A stretch of DNA of 64,000 bases from Dicyema japonicum (Eukaryota; Animalia; Dicyemida), in contig RDEW01000061.1 in the NCBI GenBank assembly GCA_011109175.1, forward strand, positions 186,001-250,000, written 5' to 3'. Both the position numbers and the translations under genes were made by a program. Shown piece after piece: positions 50,700 through 62,760 of this stretch. The notes beneath the pieces were generated by a model. It ran no database searches, was not told the origin of the DNA, and saw only the letters and a list, made by a program, of their open reading frames with translations. Numbering within the stretch: position 1 is the first letter of the stretch; every line of letters starts with the position of its first letter.

Positions 50700-50861
50700 C
50701 AGAAAGATACCGATTTCCTATTCCTCTTGTTAACTTTCCATAACAATTCATTTTTTGTTAACTTCCAGGTATTAAGATGAAATTCCAGCAACTTCCTTCT
50801 TGTTGACTTTCCAGGCTTAACACCCATTTTGGAGCGTCCGAGCCACGTCACCAGCTCAGCC
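50700..50861 (-). mobile_element. Element sharing the RTE 5' terminus
   Basis: GGCTGAGCTGGTGACGTGGCTC versus GGTTGAGCTGGTGACGTGGCTC at 5291-5312. Confidence 0.6.
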
Positions 50862-51059
50862 TTTCATTAATAATATGAAAATTCGCCTCAAAATATATTA
50901 ATGATCTTTTACTGTTTTAAAATAATCGCATTAGTCTTCATAATAAATTTGTGATGTCTATAGCAAATATTACGGTTTACTAGCTTTTTAAGCCAACATG
51001 GATTTTATTTAAAGTTAGTAAAGCTAAGTATAATGCATAAATTTATTCCAAAAGATCAC

Positions 51060-51255
51060 AGATAAAAACCAGAATTAGATAACTGAGGCCGAAACATCCC
51101 AGTAGAACCTTCACCTTGGATCGGAGTTCTGTTTACAGTTTGGACATTGGAAGAGCATCCAAGAAGGGTTTAGGAATTAATGGAAGCTGGGATCACTTAG
51201 TGTTTTTAACATCTTTCTTGGTGATCTTGGGGTTCTCAAATAAATAAAATAAATG
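51060..51255 (+). mobile_element. LINE 3'-end remnant (GIT* family)
   Basis: GAAGCTGGGATCACTTAG followed by an AATAAATAAAATAAAT tail, as at 2280-2355. Confidence 0.6.
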
Positions 51256-51539
51256 ATTCCAATTGAGATCAACTAAAGGAGATATCGGGTTTCACGAACG
51301 TCACGTCCTTTGATTGTAAGCGGACGTCCCAAGTTCTTAAAAAAAGACAAACTTCTTAATTATTTTGTTAACGTCTTTTTCGTGGAGGAGCAGTAATGTT
51401 TTAATTACTTAAAACTACAATCGGCAAGACAATATTTATTTAAGAAGGAAAAAATAGTTATGCTAATTAATCGTAGGAATGAGGCCAAGATATCTGTTCT
51501 TGACTTTTTGGTTCCGCGTGAGTCGCTGAAAAAAATCCG

Positions 51540-51660
51540 GGTCAGTAGTGATGAATCACTGACGTCGGCTTCATTCGTCAATCCCAGAAGCATCATAGAT
51601 GCGTGGAACCTTCGACCCAAATAGGCGAGATTCGAACCGGAACCATTTGGATTTGGTTCT
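51540..51660 (-). mobile_element. tRNA-derived SINE copy
   Basis: GGTTCGAATCTCGC...AAGGTTCCACGCATCTATGATGCT. Confidence 0.7.
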
Positions 51661-52019
51661 GCACTTATTTATTTATTTAGAACCCAGGGATCATCGAAAA
51701 AAAAAAACAAAAAAACGTCAGCCAGTTAGGTAATCGCAGTTCCCGGAATCGAACGAGCCATCGTTCCTATTACCATGCGAAAGATCCTTTTCCCAACCCT
51801 GCATATGAATCCGATTGGAAAAGGGAACTTTTTAACCAATCGATTTTCATTTGCTTTGGAAAAAAATAGCGAAGCGGGTCTCCATTCTCATCAGTAAGGA
51901 GTCCTCACAGATCTGAAGGAATCTGGATCTGCGATTCGTGTCGTTTTTTCCGTTTTCCCTTTATAGAAAGTTAACTACCAACTGGTTTTCATGTTGGTGG
52001 CATTATGTGGTGATACGTG

Positions 52020-52240
52020 GCTAATTAGGTAAAGTTTTCTGTTTTGTCTGTTCCTCAATTTTCCCTCACTACTATAGTGGCGTTGTGTGTTCCACCTGTC
52101 TCAGAAGGCGCCCATTGGATAGGCTGGCATGAAAAAGGATCATCTGCTCTCCCTCAATTCACTTGAGGGGTTATCCCAGCTGCAAGTTCAGGGTGGACTC
52201 TCGCAGTAAAAACTGGATAAACATAACTAGTTGTTTACTT
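52020..52240 (+). mobile_element. LINE 3' remnant
   Basis: Homologous to 43380-43560. Confidence 0.6.
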
Positions 52241-53042
52241 TAACTTCTTTCTCGGTGTATCTGAGGTTAATAAATAAATTAGTTAATTCATGATGGTCAC
52301 TTGGTCATAAAGAAACTGACTACATGTTTAGCGAACAAATAAGCTTATTTTATTTAACAAGGAATACCAAAGTCAAAATACCGTTTCCAAATTTTTAAAT
52401 GAGATATGGAATATTGATCCTACTAGACCAGTGTCATTTCAACGAAAGTTAAAGATAATGCAATTGGAGATAAGCAAAACATTTTAAAAATTCGTTGATT
52501 TACTTAACTTCAAGGACAATCATTATGTGAACATTGCTGTTACCTAAGAAACAAAGCTTACTTCTAAATCCAAGACTCCAAACATCAAGAACAATTCTGT
52601 TATAAATTCTACCGCGGATACAGCTATCGGAGGTAGCTTAATTATTATAGTTTGCATTTCAATTCGTTTTTGCAGATTTTTCTTCTTATCAGAGGATACT
52701 AAAATTAAAATTCGATCTATTGAGGAGAAAGTTAAACCTGTTTAAATATTGTCAATGTTAAAAAGAAGAATAATATTTAGGCCTACGGGAGCTGCTCGAG
52801 AGAATTCAAAGGATTGATCCAAAGAATCTGGTGCCGAAGAATCTCTTTCAAGTATGGAAGAGCATGTTAAAGCATGGCGTATAGAGATAATTACTAAAAA
52901 AAAGATGAAACAAACAATTATGAAATCCCGAGATAAAGCACGAGGAATAGACGTGATGCGGTTAGAAGCATTTAAAGGAGGGTTTGGATTGCCTTTTTGA
53001 GGTCCTCCGTTACCTTTTAGAGCAAATCTCAATATGGGATAT

Positions 53043-53365
53043 GTTCATCAGATAGACACTAAATCCCTATGCGGCCTTCGGGAGCTGTTCATCAGATAGA
53101 CACTAAATCCCTATGCGGCCTTCGGGAGCTGTTCATCAGATAGACACTAAATCCCTATGCGGCCTTTGAGCGCTGTTCATCAGATAGACACTAAATCCCT
53201 ATGCGGCCTTTGGCCGCTGTTTATCAGATAGACACTAAATCCCTATGCGGCCTTCGAGCGCTGTTCATCAGATAAACACTAAATCCCTATGCGGCCTTCG
53301 GGCGCTGTTCTTCAGATAGACAGTAAATCCCTATGCGGCTTTTGGCCGCTGTTCTTCAGATAAAT
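53043..53365. repeat. 44-bp minisatellite, 7 full units plus a partial
   Basis: Unit GTTCATCAGATAGACACTAAATCCCTATGCGGCCTTYGRGMGCT starting at 53043, 53087, 53131, 53175, 53219, 53263 and 53307. Confidence 0.97.
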
Positions 53366-53863
53366 AAAGTATGATTTTTCTTTTGGAAATGAGGTATTTT
53401 TAGTGAATAAATTTAGATACAAAATTAATTGATTATGGGACAAATCCATCACTAAGGTTGAGCAGATTTGAATCTCCATATTCAAGAGCTAAGTAAAATT
53501 CACGATCAGGAGAAATAAAAATAGTCAATGACTTGAGTCAAGAAAATATAGACTTAAGAAAATACATTTTTGATTTTTGATTAGAAACAAATTAGTGTTG
53601 ATTTGATGATAGGTGACATGTCGTAAATTCTTTGATTTTTGATAAGAAATGACAGGTCACATGTGATTGACATGTAAAATGTAACCAGCAGTGGATGGGT
53701 AACGCGTGCGGGACGCGACATATTATTCACATCGATAAGGAAAAGAAAATGAGTTAAAAATATATAGGATTTATTGGTGAAAACTGTTTAAAATGCAAAA
53801 CTGGCTGAGACTATCTCGAATAAAAGATGTGAATTATATTTAGTCGTTTTTATAAAAATCTAA

Positions 53864-53981
53864 ATGTACGATCATACTTGGCCGTAAGCACCCGTTCTCA
53901 GCCGACCACGGAAGTTAAGCGGTTATAGGCTGTGTTAGTACTTGGCTGGGTGACCGCCTGGGAACTCACAGTGTCGTACTT
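53864..53981 (+). rRNA. Dispersed 5S rRNA, identical to the array copies
   Basis: Full 5S with terminator; array-spacer homology spans ~53722-54109. Confidence 0.95.
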
Positions 53982-54930
53982 TTTTATTTTTATTAATGGA
54001 ATCAATTCTTTTTGATTTAACCACTTTTTCCCAACTTTTTTTGCATACACACTTGCACATATGTTGGCCTTTTATGACTCACATACTTGACCGGACCTTA
54101 GATCTCCCAGTTATATGCTAGTCCCTCCAACGCTGCTATATGCTAGTCCCTCCTGGACAATATCCATTTCCCGGACATCATATATACTGTTCTCAGCATG
54201 TACAATCTTTGCAATAGTTTTTTTCTAATCAGTCGACAAATCTGTGAGCTCAGCCAATTCAAACGTTGACTTAGTTTTGTACAGCTTTTTAATTAATTCA
54301 TACGAAGTTTTGTCAACATTTTTTTTGCGTTGTTCGAAAACTCGATCTGACATTCTATAAGCTGTTTTCAAAAAAAGTATATAAATTTCGTTTTCATTAC
54401 GATAATGTAAAAGTTTGAATTCCGATGATCAATCTGCATTAGAGTGAATTAAATGTTAAAAGCAGATAATCAATATTGCGATTATCAGATATAACCCTGT
54501 AGTCGCATTTTATATTATTAATTTATATTAATGAAAACGAAATTTATGATAACCAAAACGCAATTTATGAAAATAAAAACGTAATTTATAATGATGAAAA
54601 TCATTGTAAATAAAACTATTTTTGTAGTAAAAACCATGGTTCGATCCTTGCGGTTATTATTAATTAATCGCAGATATATCGAAAAAGAAGTTAACAGTTA
54701 ACAACTAATTAAATTTATTCAGTTCCCACGTTTGCTGAAGGAGAAAGGTTTTCCAATATCAAATAAAAGTTCATCCAGAAACTAATGGAAGGAGGAAGAA
54801 CACATCGTGTCCTTGTGGTAACCTCTCCAATAGAGTGAAAAAAAAACAATCATTTTTTTGTTAGCCTGCCATTGGGCTCCACCTGAGACATCTTGCTCAC
54901 CAATATATTATATGTATTGACAAATAAATC

Positions 54931-57900
54931 TTATTTGTTTGCACAAAAAAAATAAAATGATTTAAAAAAGAAATAATCAGTCACTATGAACAAAAAATAA
55001 TTCGAATCACAATTTGCTAACAATGCACGAATACAATTAAGTTTATCCGGTACAGAGAAGCAAGAAGAATAACTAGCTGTAAAATCAGTAATACTCAAAG
55101 AATTACATGATTCTCCCAAAAACTTAATATCCTTCTAATAATACAAATAACAAACATTTCTGTCTAAAAGTTTCATACAAATTTTTTCCACTCTCAATAA
55201 GTGTTCCCCGACAGGAACATTTCCATGCAGACAAGAGAGATGTTTCAACGCATTTAACATAAAATGACGCCCTGCTTTATCAAATTCAGCCTCAAATAAA
55301 AAATAAAGCAACAAATTTAATGACATCATTAGTCAGGTTGACACAAAACGTCCACAAAGAACAATTCTCAGTAGGTACTTGGGACAAAATTGACATCAAA
55401 CATGTAAAAAGTTCATCCAAGTTCTATCATTATGTTTATAAGATACACCTGTAGCAAAAAATTCCGACCAATCCCAGACAGAGTATCATTTTTCACCGTC
55501 GTCTTTGTATCACTAACAGAAAATCTACTTCCAAATAGCCTATCGAGCTCTTCCACAGAGTCATTTACACCCGTCGAGAAAATCAAAGCGTCTAAGTATG
55601 AAAACAAGAAACTCAGAAATTTAGAAAATTCTTTAGAAAGTCGAAATACAGACTCTCATCCTCAAATTCCCCTAAAACAAGATTTAAAGCAATCAAATTA
55701 ATTTTCTACCAATTCATAAAAACAGCAACATCGAAAATAATCCTAGCATAAAAATATGATATCTTTGTGGAAAAACTCTCAGTCCTTAGAGTCTTAGAAT
55801 ATTTCAGAAAAATCGGAATCAGCAAATCCCCTATGAGTAAAACCGAATATATGACTTGTGAATACACCGATATCGTAGAATCGCAACATTAGAATACTCG
55901 GCAGTATAGTTTCATAGAAATAGTCATTAAAATACGAGAATATGGGAGAATTACTTTCAAACTTTGTTTCGATCAAAATTACCAGGAGGAATCCAGTCAA
56001 AAGAGAACAAATACAATGTGTGAAGACGGTTTCTCGGATAGAAGTCATCATCACAGTCATTTTTAGTATATCCATCTAAACTCAGCCATCAATATAAAAC
56101 TTTGCAATAAATCACACTTTTTTGGGATATCAATTGAAATCATTTTACCCACAATATGTGGATGCATCAAACGCAATGCCTTTGAATACCACAAAGAGGC
56201 AAGAAGACTTGAATAAATAAAATAGAGACCAGATTAAATCAAGACAAAATTTGAGTAGCTTAAACATCGTTTGGTCAAATTCAGGGAGAGAAGAATTGTT
56301 GGAGACACTGAGGAGTGAATAGACAAGTCCAATGAGGACCATTATCTACAAGTTAGCCTTAATTTTACTCTTTGGTTAAAATCCTTCCTTCCTTCGTTCG
56401 GAATTTGATCAAGACCAAAAAAAGTGACTGCAAATTTATATGAAGAGCAGTCAATAATCAGATCACTTGGAAGATCGAGTCTTTCGAAAAGTTGACTTAT
56501 TATCGGGTGAAAATATGAGTTAAAAATATTTTCCAAAAAGGGACGTTCATTGTGGAGTTTTCTGAAATTATCACTAAATATCGTACAAAACGGAAAAATA
56601 TGAACGAACGATTGTCGTGGTGCAGATTAAAGCACTCTCACTCAATTCGAACACTTTAGCTAACAAACTTTGTAACAATGCGTTTATCTGATCCACCTTG
56701 TGTGTCTATAAAATTGAAATTCAATACTACAAATATATGTTCTTTGTGGTTGATCATAAATTCATAAACCGATTTGCAAAACAAATAAAACGTCCGCCAA
56801 CTAAATTTTCAACCAATTTTAACAATTCATGGACAATCACTCACCGTTACAAAAACATCCCAAAATATTTGGAGTTATTTATGACTAACTACTAACTTTC
56901 TCTAAACATGTGGAGGAACAATGCACAAAAACCTCTCGCAAGATCAACATACTTAAAGCTGTGTCAGGCCATTCCTTTGGCCAAAGCAAAGAAGCCCTAA
57001 CCATCATATATAATCAGTTCATTCGAACAACTATTAACTATGCAAGTCCTTGCTGGTTAACCTCTCCCTCCCTTACTTCTATTGACAAACTACAAAAAGT
57101 AAAAAAAATGCGCTCAGGATAATTACTGGATGACTCAGATCAACTCCTGTTGATCATCTACATTGGGAGTCAAAGATCCTTCCAATTGGAGACCATCTGG
57201 AAATGGAAGCTATGCAGTTCCTCTCCTAAGCCTACAGCCTAGAACATTCCTGCCACTCTCTATGCAAACCGCAAAACAAAAGGAAAATTATTATGACAAC
57301 CAGTGACCTGTCTCGAATGTTATCATCCATCCCTTCCATCCCCAATGACAAAAGTCGTCTGAAAACAGATACACGATTTTGTTTCTACGAGAAGCATCCG
57401 AAGACTCGGAGACAATAAAATACTACAGCAACCTCCTTCTCCAATAGACCAATCAGAATCCTCTCTTCCCAATGGAACTTCCGAGTAAATAAACTTCGTC
57501 TACAATGTGAGGCACCATCATATCTATCATTGATAACTCTGTCCCTTTTGCAACCTCCACGTGCTGACAACAAATCACAACCTATTTCAATGTCATGAAT
57601 TGGCACAACATTTCTCCACAATGCCGGAACTGACCGATCTATGAGAGCGACCAACATCTGCTGCGTACTACTTAATAGCTGCTGGCCTCCTGCAAGTTAG
57701 TGAGGCTGAGGTTACTTAACAACTAACTACACCAATGAGGATGGACGTTATTTCATCGAGATGGCAACTATTTGGACATATACTTGGACTGGACCCGACT
57801 GGAAGAATATTTCTACTGCACCAAAAGTCACGGATTTTGAGACAGGCCATGAAATACACTTCCAATTTGCTTAAAAGATGATTACGAAACAATCGGTCTT

Positions 57901-59938
57901 AAATTGGTGACAGCAGACGACCTGGATGTTCAAATGAGGGCCAGAAACAAGNACGTCATTTTTTGTTATAAAACTTTTCAGATTTTCACAAAAACATAAA
58001 TTTTTAATTTGTATGTAAATCTGAATGTTAATTAAAAAATAAACACTATTAAACAAAAAATCCGTAAATTCCCCGTTAAAATATGGAGTACTTGAATATA
58101 TCGATAAAATTGAGAAGGCGGGTAAGGAAAGAAGTTAAAGATTCCTAACAGTGAAGAAACTTTATACTTCTATGGGATTATTTGGACAAAAAAGAGATGT
58201 CCCGCTAACACAGGTTGAACATGTCGAACAGTTCAAAAAAGTAGATAGATATGAAGTCAAAGCATATGCACCTATTCTAGATGCTCCTAGATCAGTCTCA
58301 AAACTCCCATTCAAAATCACAATCCGTGTCAATGTCGCCACTTTAGACAAAATTTTCCTAGTGTCATGGAAATACTTGAATACTAAAAATATTTATATGT
58401 GATACCATCAGCTGAAATATTGTGTAAGATAGTTGAAGAGGTGCAAACTACTAGGTCTCGAATGTGGTCAGGGCAATTTTTGCGAAATACATGAAATACA
58501 AGTTCGAATTTTGTTAGAAACTCTAAATTTATGCAATCTTAATTCAACCTTCAATAAAAGCTTGGTATTCTTCGTCGGATAAAAAATCGTGTTTTTTCCA
58601 TTGTTCGTTAAAATCCGGGAATTTTGAGGCCATAACATTAATAATTTTCCATTCTAAAGTATATTTTCAAAATATTACTGAAACATATATATAAATAAAT
58701 ATTTCAATTAAAGCCAAATTTTTAACAATTTTCCACAGCAAATCTGTCCATTCATTCCCACTGTCTTTTATATTAGCCAACTTATAAAAAGCTTCAATGG
58801 CGAAAATCGAAACTTTCTAAAATAACCCCAAGCTGCACCTTAGAACTGCAAAAAAGTAGTTTCTTGATAATAATTAGAATGTTTTGAACATTGTTCGTTT
58901 TTGAGTTGACAGTATGTCCCTTTGTAGCTAACGCAGTTCTGCAAAAAGCTGATACTGCCTGGGAAATGAAGAAAGCGAATTTCTTTAGTAGAAAGTAGGA
59001 GTGATGAAATTCGTTTCTGATAGAATATTCGAGGCTTGAAATAATAAGAAATCAAAAACAAGTTTATTAAATGTTCTTTATCTTGACAACACTTGAACAA
59101 ATAGCAGACAACGTCATTAGCCTCTTTCTGCCATTAAAAGACATATTAACCTCTTTGCTATCAAAAAGTGTCAGCAGACAATCCAATATATGCTCAGTCA
59201 TTGTCAGATCACCAAGCAAGTCAACCAAAATGACTAATTTTCTACTCTGACTTTTATACAAGGAAAGAGGCGTCTTCTCTATATAACGAGCAAGACATTG
59301 TATTTCTTCCACGGTTACATTATTTCCGAGATTAAAGTTGACAAAGTTTTCCAACAACAATAAAATATTGCCACTTAATTCCTTCAGTGAGATAGACATG
59401 TGAGTCTGATAGACTCGATCAATCATTAACGAGAGCACGTGGCACATTAAGCGTCCGTAAATCTACAAGTAACTATGGGAAATACCATTGAATCTGTAAC
59501 GTAATTTTTCAGTTCAATTAAACGTGGTATTAGGTTGTAGCCGTTAGAAAAACTACAGAAAATTAATTCTGTCACATATCTGCTGATAGCATCGAAAAGG
59601 GTGGATTCATGATACACGTAATTTGTAGTAATAGAGCTCACGTCGAACAGTAAACTGTCGAAATGGCCAGGATTATTGATCCTAAAATTTTGAAAATTTA
59701 AAACTTTTTTATTTGTCGCATCAAGTTGAACCCATATATTTTGACAGAAAGCTCGTTTTGCGCTATAAGAGCTTTTCCAAGTTCGTAACAATTTGGGGCG
59801 CTCAGGAGACTTTCAAGGTACTGCCTGTGAATTAAAAACAATTACAATGGATGAATTCATTAATTCGTCTGGGTTAGATAGCGGATTGTTGAAGGTATTT
59901 AAATATTGTAAAATAATGCTTATCTGGTCACATAACAT
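54931..59938 (-). CDS. XPO5: Exportin-5-like importin-beta family gene, many micro-introns and one TE-filled large intron
   Basis: N-terminus MLCDQ...YLESLLSAPNCYELGKALIAQNELSVKIYGFNLMRQI, LFDAISRYVTELI, QCLARYIEK, LVDLLGDLTMTEHILDCLL resemble remembered exportin-5 segments. Middle exons and the 3' end are not fully resolved. Confidence 0.6.
56830..57730 (+). mobile_element. LINE 3' fragment, antisense within the XPO5-like gene
   Basis: IYNQFIRTTINYASPCW, LCPFC....NHNLFQC, 3' end shared with 46900-47010. Confidence 0.85.
57740..57830 (+). mobile_element. Short RTE remnant
   Basis: RWQLFGHILGL. Confidence 0.55.
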
Positions 59939-60395
59939 TAACCGTGCTTGTTTATATTTTATAAAATATTGCAATTTATATTAATTTAATTTTTTAAATA
60001 AAAATGAAATCTATTTAAATTTTTCAATCTTCCATAATTCGTAAGAACCGCGGATGTGCCTATAAGACTACATCCAGTTATACGGCCGATACGTGCTTGT
60101 ATCTGCCAGAATGAGGAGCATCGGGTCAAGATGAGCTCTCTGTGAGAATAGTTTACTTGCTAGTGGCTATTGTAAAGCCAACAAAGTACCTTTCCTTTTT
60201 ATTTGATCAGACACTAAACTTAATTCTGGACCAATCTCAACTTACCGAGAGTTAACTTTTGGTTGTGATTTTTCTGCCAGTTACAGGTTTCCTTCTCTTG
60301 AAGTTACTGTGAATAAATAATAAAGTAAAGTAGTAAGAAATCCTTCGACTTAATTTAATTTTCATTGAATAATTTTTTATTTATTAAAAATCAAT

Positions 60396-60898
60396 TCAAT
60401 CAATAATATTTTCAAAACTATAGCAAATTCCAAGCGTTTTAAGCTTATCGTTCCTATTCTTGTTTCTTACTTTTAAACAAGACTTTGAATATTCCTTCTC
60501 CGTTTCTGTTTGTTTCTCTTTCTTAGCTTCAATCCTTTTCCTTATTGATTCTGGCTTCGAAAACCTTTTACCACAGCCTTTAAAGACATTTTCATACTTC
60601 CCTTCACGTTTGACAACTCTACCTAAGGATAAATACAAATAGCACATTTAATTATTCTATCTGCTAGGAAATAGTTATTCATCGATTGACAGGCAATTTT
60701 TGTTATTTCCGGGATATCAAATTGAAGGAAAGCAAACCCACGTGAGTTTCCTGTCTTAAAAATGAAAATTCAACTCACTTTTTTACTACGAGATAATCGA
60801 ATTCGAGTTACGCGGCCGAATTGAGAGAAAAACTTATTTATTTGAGGTTCAAAAAACCCACTTGGAAGATGTCCAATGTATAATATTTCATTGTTCAT
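60396..60898 (-). CDS. NIFK: Nucleolar RRM protein NIFK/Nop15, introns of 24 and 23 nt
   Basis: [66 protein letters not shown]. An alternative in-frame ATG lies at 60913. Confidence 0.92.
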
Positions 60899-61199
60899 TT
60901 TCAAACTATACATTAAGAACAACGCAATACGCAACACAAGAAGTAAAAAACGTGATTTATGAAATATTTAAAAAAATAATATTTTAAATTTTTATTATTA
61001 ATTTTTAAATATTTTATTATATTAGTTTTGTTTTTGAGGAAGATGGATTATTTCAAGATCTCCTCATTCGTCTTAACAGATAGTTGTGGATCATTTCGTG
61101 GCAAAATTTGGATGTTTTTTGTACATATCAACAAAAAGATCTTTAATTTCTACCTCATTTTTTCTTCTCTTCATCGCTCAGCCCCTTCCATGAGTCTCT

Positions 61200-61620
61200 T
61201 ACCCTCTCAGGAGACATGAAATACCCAGCATTAACTGGTCGATCTCCGCCACATCCTTCAAAACAAAAGGTCGAGGTGGGAGGTTTTTGTCTCGTCTCTT
61301 GACCTTCGGACTAAACCGACCGAATTTGGAACACACTGAATCTATTTCGACAGACTCAACATATGACCTCTCACGAATCTGGAGCAAGCAGACGTCAGCA
61401 AACCAACTCATTTCGAGAACAACCAGATGACATCATGATCCATTACAGCAGTATTTGTAGATCAATATGAATAAATCAAATTGTGTCCGCAAACTGAATC
61501 CCCCTTTGTCACTAAGTGTTTCCCAATCAAAATAGACTGGTTGGAGATACGTTCCCTGATTAAGAATGCTAAGAACTCCTACCCAAAAGGCTGAGACAGA
61601 ATATACATATATCATCCAAA
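61200..61620 (-). mobile_element. Possible APE remnant
   Basis: Degenerate ...TQFDLFILI resembling the QIDYIL motif. Confidence 0.35.
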
Positions 61621-61689
61621 AAATCTTGGGCCAAATGAACTGCGGGCTTTACGACTATCTTCCAAGCGTCTTAGAATTCAGGATTTGTG

Positions 61690-62760
61690 TCTATGCTCTG
61701 GAAACAAATCGACAATAATTGACTTTTAAATCTATCAAGGACCCGCATAACCCAGTATTCTTTAGATCAATTTCCCTCCTTTTTGCTATAAGGATCTTCG
61801 AGAGATACAACTGGATATACCTTAGCTGGAAGATACGCTAGTCCTGTTCTATGAAGATGACATAATCCTCGCGCCTCGGGATAAAAATATCACCTCAGCC
61901 TCAGTCCGTCTTTAAACACAGTTAGATTCTCTCTAGAATCTTGGATATCAAACAATCACCTATCCCCTTCATAGTTCAGCATCACGATATTCACTTCGAC
62001 TGACGTTGACTAAACGTTAAACCGGAGCAGAAAATTTTCGAGGAAGTCCTCCCTGTCTCAAAAATACCTAAATCTTAGGAGTAATCTACGACCAATGCTT
62101 TACATTCTCCTCCCACGTGGACCGTCTGTTGGAAAAACAAACAAAAAAATGAGCTTCTTCCACGTGGTGGCTGGATCTATCTTCGGCCAGGACAAGGAAA
62201 CCCTCAGAATAATCTACAAACAATATATCAGGACGACCTTGAACTACGGGAGCCCATCCTGGGCCTCAACACTCGTAGTCAGAAACATCCAAAAAGTTCA
62301 GAGTCCAAAATAGAGCTTTTCAAACACTTATTAAATGAAACAAATTCGACACCCCTGAAATTCATCATTTTCCTGCTAGAAAATCATCTCTGTATGAGAA
62401 ACCTCCAATTCTTAAACGAAACCACACCACCCTTGCCACTTCCTGACTTAAACGAAGAAATTCAGAAAGATAATTCCACCACAACGTATCAGTTTCGTTA
62501 ATTGACTAAATTCCTTGGCCACATCACTATAAAACCAAGTCAAGACAATACATGATCACATCTCTACTAAAGCCTTTCGAAGACTGTTCTGGAACGATCT
62601 GCTGGATGACCTTCCTCCATTGGTTAATGAATCGGAGACTACCTTAGACAGAATCGAAGAAGACTCTAGCCCAACTACGTTCTGGGAACTTCTTCCTTAG
62701 AGAAGAGTTGGGCTCTTGGAAATTTTCTCCTGCACGGGACCTCCTATGGATATCGAAGCC
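61690..62760 (+). mobile_element. Internally deleted LINE ORF2 remnant
   Basis: FYEDDII, IYKQYIRTTLNYGSPSW, SETTL...LAQLRSG. Confidence 0.8.

Noticed and set aside
53043-53365. CRISPR array or functional hammerhead ribozyme
   Set aside because: Units are head-to-tail with no unique spacers and no cas genes, in a eukaryotic context. The hammerhead GAAA and a cleavage triplet in the right register are absent.
58151-58402. Independent plus-strand gene
   Set aside because: It lies antisense to the exportin-5-like coding region and is most likely a shadow ORF.
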